From the NCBI RefSeq assembly GCF_965118125.1, contig NZ_OZ221287.1:423238-487237 (forward strand): a stretch of DNA of 64,000 bases, read 5' to 3'. This stretch comes from Pararobbsia alpina. GTDB taxonomy: Bacteria > Pseudomonadota > Gammaproteobacteria > Burkholderiales > Burkholderiaceae. A program made the position numbers and the translations under genes. Within the stretch, counting starts at the first letter, position 1, and every line of letters starts with the position of its first letter. This document shows positions 60,128 to 64,000 of this stretch, piece after piece. Below the pieces are notes generated by a model, which was given only the letters and a program-made list of their open reading frames with translations, made no database searches and was not told the DNA's origin.

Positions 60128-62665
60128 TCAGCGAGCCGGCTCGGTCTGACGCTGGCGCTGGGCTTGCTCGGCCTGCGCCGCGGCAATCGTCTGTTCCTGC
60201 ACATCCAGACGCAGCAGCGGGTGGCCCGGGTTCATCGAACCCAGTTCGGCGCTCAGCTTGTTGCGCAACGACGCTTCGCCTGCCGCACGCGACTCGAACA
60301 GCGCATTGCGTTCCATGGCGTCGTTCAGGTGCTGCTTGAGCTTCTTCGCATACGCATCCCACTTCTCGTAGTTGCGGTGCACTTCTTCCATTTCAGCGTT
60401 GCGGCGCTCGACATGGGTCGCCAGCTCGCGCTGCAGGTCGTTGACCTTCTTCACGGCCTCGACTGCTGCTTCACGTTCCGAGACGAGATCCTGCTGTGCA
60501 CCACCGATCGTCGAAGCGAGTTCGGCGAGTCGTGCATCGAATTCGTTCGCACGCGTTTCGGCCGTGACCACACGGGAATCGGCGTAGTCGAGTTCGTTGA
60601 GCAGTCGATCGATTTCGCCTTGCATGCGATCGATCTCAGCCTGCGCGTCGCCCGACACACCGTCCGAATGAGCGGCGACGAGCTTGTCACGATCCGCGTC
60701 GTACATCTGGATCGAGCGGCGCAGGTCGTCGTTTTCACGCGAAATCTGGGCCATCGCTTCGGCGTGGCTCGTGCGCTGATCCGACAGTTCCGAATGCGCC
60801 TGCGCGAGTTCGATACCGAGTTCCGTCAGGCGCGACTGCAGTTCGTTCTGACGCGTTGCTTCGCCGATCGAATCGACGCGGCTCGCGCGTTCGTTGTCGA
60901 GCTCGGCTTGCGCGTGCTCGAGCGAGGCATTCAGTTCCGATGCGCGCGCTTCGAGTGCGGCCGTCTGGGCTTCGCTCGATGCGAGTCGATCGTGCTGGGC
61001 GGCCAGCTTGGCCTGAAGATCGGCGAGTTCTGCACCACGCGCATCCGCTTGCGCCGCTGCCGGCGACAGCTCGGCGATCTGTGCGTTCAGTGCGTCGATC
61101 TTGGCTTGAGCCGCGGCGGCATCTCTTTGCAATGCGTCGATGTGCGCGGCCGACGATGCGACCTGCGTGCTCAGATGATCCGATTGCGCCGCAGCTTGCT
61201 GTGCCAGACCGTTGGCGTGGGCCGACGAGTCTGCCATCTGCTGTTGCAGATGCTCGATATGCGCCGACGACACGCTGGCTTGCTGGTTCAGCGCATCCAC
61301 TTGGGCCACTGCGGCGGCGTAACGCTGGCTCAGGCTTTCGAGTTGCGCGCGGGCTTCGCCGTGTTCCTTGCGCAGCGTTTCTGCGTCGGCCACTGCGGCG
61401 GCGTGCTGTTGCGACAACGTGTCGAGCTGCGAGGTCGAATCCGCGTTCTGCGACATCAGCGTGTCGACCTGAGCCGCCGAGATTTCACCTTGCTGCGTCA
61501 GCGTTTCGATTTGGGCGGCGGCGCCTTGTGCCTGCTGCGTCAGCACTTCGATGCGAGCCGCCGCTTCCGTGGCTTCCAGCGACAGCTGATCGACCTTCGA
61601 CGCGGCTTGCGTGGCCTGCTGTGCGTGTGCGGCAGCCGCAGCGCTCGACTCGGCAACGTGTGCGGTCAGGTCTGCGACGTTCGTGGTCAGTTCGGCGACG
61701 CGTGCCGATTGCTCCGCAGCGCGTGCGGTCTGCTCGGTGGCGCGCTGCTCCGAAGCGTGGAGTTGCGACTTGAGCGCTTCGACTGTCGAAGCCGCGTCCG
61801 TGACCTGCGCGTTCAGTTCGGCGATCTTCGCTTCGTCCGCGGCCGCCTTCATATTGAGGTCCGACGCGGAGTTCTGGGCTTCCGAAGCCTGGCTCGCGAG
61901 CTCGCTTGCGAGTGCGCTGACTTCCGTCACTTGCGCGTTGAGCTTGGCGATCTCGGCATCCTTCGCCTGCAGCTGAGCCGTCAGCGCGCTGGCTTGCGCT
62001 GCGTGGGCGGCACCCTGGTCGACCAGCGCCTGAAGCTCCTTGAGCTGCTGCGCATAGGCGGCGTGATCCTGAGCCCGTGCCTCGTTCGCCGCAGCCAGTT
62101 CGTTACGGCCGCGCTCGAGGTCCGTCGACATCTGGAGCATCTTGTGGTCGGCGGCACCTGCGCGCACTTCGGCCTGTTCGGCGCGGCTGTTCGCGTAGAT
62201 CAGGTCGGCCGACACGCGCGAGAGCTCGTCGCTCTTTTCCTGGTATGCATCCGACAGCTCACCTTGGCGACGGCGGCTCGACTCGAGCTCCTCCACCGTG
62301 ATCTGAAGTTCCTGAAGCGCCTCGTCCCGTTCGGCGTTGGCCTCGTCGATGCGCTTCGAAGTCAGGCGCAAGCGGCGCGACGCATCTTTTTGCGCTTCGT
62401 CGTTTGCGGCCGTCCAGAGGCGATCGAGAGCCGACAGCATCAAGTCCGAAATATCGTTCGGCAGTGCAGGGCGCTCATATTGCTGACCCAGCGCCATCGA
62501 CTGCGACTCGCGCCAGCGGCGCAGCGCGGCCGCGACCGTGACGATCGAGCCACCGTGGACTTCGGACCAGACTTCGAGAGGGGAGACTTTGCGGCCTTCG
62601 ACGGTCAGACGTTGGGCGATTTCGCTGACAATGTCGTCGGTTACTTCGGGGGTGGTGCCAGCCAT
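60128..62665 (-). CDS. KfrA-N-domain DNA-binding protein with a roughly 700-aa Ala/Gln/Glu-rich coiled-coil containing internal repeats
   Basis: The N-terminus IVSEIAQRLTVEGRKVSPLEVWSEVHGGSIVTVAAALRRWRE matches the KfrA_N pattern. Periodic coiled-coil repeats follow (LTQQ..., ALNAQ...). Confidence 0.6.
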   Translation of the reverse strand: MAGTTPEVTDDIVSEIAQRLTVEGRKVSPLEVWSEVHGGSIVTVAAALRRWRESQSMALGQQYERPALPNDISDLMLSALDRLWTAANDEAQKDASRRLRLTSKRIDEANAERDEALQELQITVEELESSRRRQGELSDAYQEKSDELSRVSADLIYANSRAEQAEVRAGAADHKMLQMSTDLERGRNELAAANEARAQDHAAYAQQLKELQALVDQGAAHAAQASALTAQLQAKDAEIAKLNAQVTEVSALASELASQASEAQNSASDLNMKAAADEAKIAELNAQVTDAASTVEALKSQLHASEQRATEQTARAAEQSARVAELTTNVADLTAHVAESSAAAAAHAQQATQAASKVDQLSLEATEAAARIEVLTQQAQGAAAQIETLTQQGEISAAQVDTLMSQNADSTSQLDTLSQQHAAAVADAETLRKEHGEARAQLESLSQRYAAAVAQVDALNQQASVSSAHIEHLQQQMADSSAHANGLAQQAAAQSDHLSTQVASSAAHIDALQRDAAAAQAKIDALNAQIAELSPAAAQADARGAELADLQAKLAAQHDRLASSEAQTAALEARASELNASLEHAQAELDNERASRVDSIGEATRQNELQSRLTELGIELAQAHSELSDQRTSHAEAMAQISRENDDLRRSIQMYDADRDKLVAAHSDGVSGDAQAEIDRMQGEIDRLLNELDYADSRVVTAETRANEFDARLAELASTIGGAQQDLVSEREAAVEAVKKVNDLQRELATHVERRNAEMEEVHRNYEKWDAYAKKLKQHLNDAMERNALFESRAAGEASLRNKLSAELGSMNPGHPLLRLDVQEQTIAAAQAEQAQRQRQTEPAR

Positions 62666-63471
62666 GGTGCCTCGGCAATCGGTATAGAGGTGAAATCAGG
62701 TACTTGTTTCGGTCAAACCGGCGTTTCGGGGGAACCGTCGATTCAGGCCGTGCTGCGCAATTCGGGAGGCGATCGCTCGAGGGTCGGCTTCGACATGCTC
62801 TGCTCGCCACGGTACAGGCGTTACAGTAGCCGAATTGATCCGCATCGATCGGGCAAACAGAGCGCCGAACGCCCCTTATTTCATGATGCTTTGTTGATAA
62901 CCCACGTGAACTTCCGCGTCGCAAGCGTCGTGCCGCATGGCACGGACTGCTTGTGCCACGCAACATCAGGCCAGGCCATCACTGTGTTTTCCCCGGATTG
63001 ACGACATCCGCGTGGGTCTTATCGCACAGCCCGAAGCGCTGCTACATCCATGAACCGCAATCATTTTTTATGGGCGCACCCGACGTATTGCGGTGCATCG
63101 CCCGGACTTGTACGCCATCAAGAATAGGACGCAAGTTTGGCAGGAATAGGGCGGATTTTATTGCGTAGAAGTTCGGCATCCGAAGTGTTGTAAATGAGTC
63201 GGATCGAGCGGGTATCAACAGGGATTAACCGGTATTCACTGATGGTGAATTCACGGTGAGTTCCGAAGCCTCGATACAGCGACCGAATCATTGATTGCCG
63301 CGCATCTGGCATCCGGCGCAAGCATTAGCGTAAGTATTTTGAAAGAATATCAGCCCTTTCCACTTCCTTACCGCCCTATTACCTTCACATTAAGATGCTG
63401 AAATCCGCGCCTGATCGCGGTCGCATTTCGTCCCTTTCGCAATACCTATATATATCCGCCCTGGAGCCCGC

Positions 63472-64000
63472 ATGAATCTCGTTTCGCTGGCCAACTTCGG
63501 CTCCGACAACGTCGGCCTGATCAACGGCTTCCGTTTCTCGCCGGGCGAGCCTGGCGTGGCCATCGAATTGCCCGAAGCGGCCGAGTGGCTCGAATCCGCA
63601 CCGCACGGCGAAGACTTTCTCTGGGTCCACCTGAACCTCGCGCGATCGTCATGTGAGCGCTGGATGCGCACACATCTCGACCTGCCCGACGAGTTCTTCG
63701 ACGCCTTGCGGGACGGTTCGCGCTCGACGCGGATCGAGCAGCTCGAAGGCAAACTCCTCGCCGTCGTCAACGACGTGATCTTCAACTTCGACCTTGCTTC
63801 GTCGGATATCTCCACGCTTTGGGTCTGCGTGACGCCGAACCTGCTCGTCACGGCGCGCCTCACGCCCTTGCGTTCAGTTGACAAGCTGAGCGCCGCCGTG
63901 AAGCGCGGCGAAACATTCCGCTCACCCGGCGAGCTGCTCGTGCATCTGCTGCGCGATCAGGCCGATGTGCTTGCGCAAATCGTGCGTCAGACGAGCCTCG
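63472..64000 (+). CDS. CorA/ZntB-family divalent-cation transporter, N-terminal fragment (runs off the window)
   Basis: RBS GGAG, MNLVSLANFGSDNVGLINGFRFSPGEP...EDFLWVHLNL resembles the CorA-like cytoplasmic funnel domain. No stop before the window end. Confidence 0.4.
   Translation, partial: MNLVSLANFGSDNVGLINGFRFSPGEPGVAIELPEAAEWLESAPHGEDFLWVHLNLARSSCERWMRTHLDLPDEFFDALRDGSRSTRIEQLEGKLLAVVNDVIFNFDLASSDISTLWVCVTPNLLVTARLTPLRSVDKLSAAVKRGETFRSPGELLVHLLRDQADVLAQIVRQTSL

Noticed and set aside
60164-63001. 945-aa plus-strand ORF
   Set aside because: Antisense to the KfrA-like coiled-coil gene. Repetitive Ala/Gln codons (GCN/CAG) leave the complementary frame open. The minus-strand gene has the recognisable KfrA_N domain and a terminator.

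Overview
High-GC (~67%) betaproteobacterial chromosome segment, most likely Burkholderia on gene content and synteny, almost entirely coding, with no CRISPR array or obvious mobile element. Main blocks in order: (i) a possibly 5'-truncated GH64-like beta-1,3-glucanase candidate, then an 11-gene non-canonical type II secretion (T2SS)-like cluster (1.4-12.5 kb): GspG major pseudopilin, GspF, GspE, PilM/N/O/P-like inner-membrane proteins, a secretin with a fused TPR-lipoprotein N-terminus and a cohesin-like C-terminus, two more pseudopilins and a GspK-like protein. (ii) tRNA-Phe followed on the minus strand by the conserved def-fmt-(LysE)-htpX-rsmB-DUF4390-ntrY/ntrX-like block, with divergent dprA, a thioredoxin-like gene and topB. 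(iii) tRNA-Lys next to an unusual locus: the sigma54 activator RtcR, assigned from the conserved N-terminal RtcR/CARF-type and AAA+ motifs visible in its translated sequence, is transcribed divergently from a good sigma54 promoter. That promoter is followed by about 300 nt of structured RNA with two tRNA-like T-arm/acceptor modules (one ending in ACCA), then an SPFH/band-7 gene and a Pol-beta-type nucleotidyltransferase, with no RtcB, RtcA or Ro60 ortholog. This is the most interesting candidate for an undescribed RNA-repair or RNA-surveillance module. (iv) Housekeeping and accessory genes: porin, LacI plus an orphan MalK-like ATPase, a VapBC toxin-antitoxin pair, MFS/EamA/TauE transporters, DUF218, mnmE, GST, methyltransferase, flavoprotein, GT2, a giant KfrA-like coiled-coil protein, and a partial CorA/ZntB-like gene at the 3' edge. 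Two perfect intergenic tandem repeats, (GCCAGA)x15 upstream of htpX and (CTGACCCG)x7 upstream of or inside a hypothetical gene, are candidate phase-variable or VNTR loci. Many long ORFs in the six-frame track are antisense or off-frame artefacts of the GC-rich sequence and were rejected.
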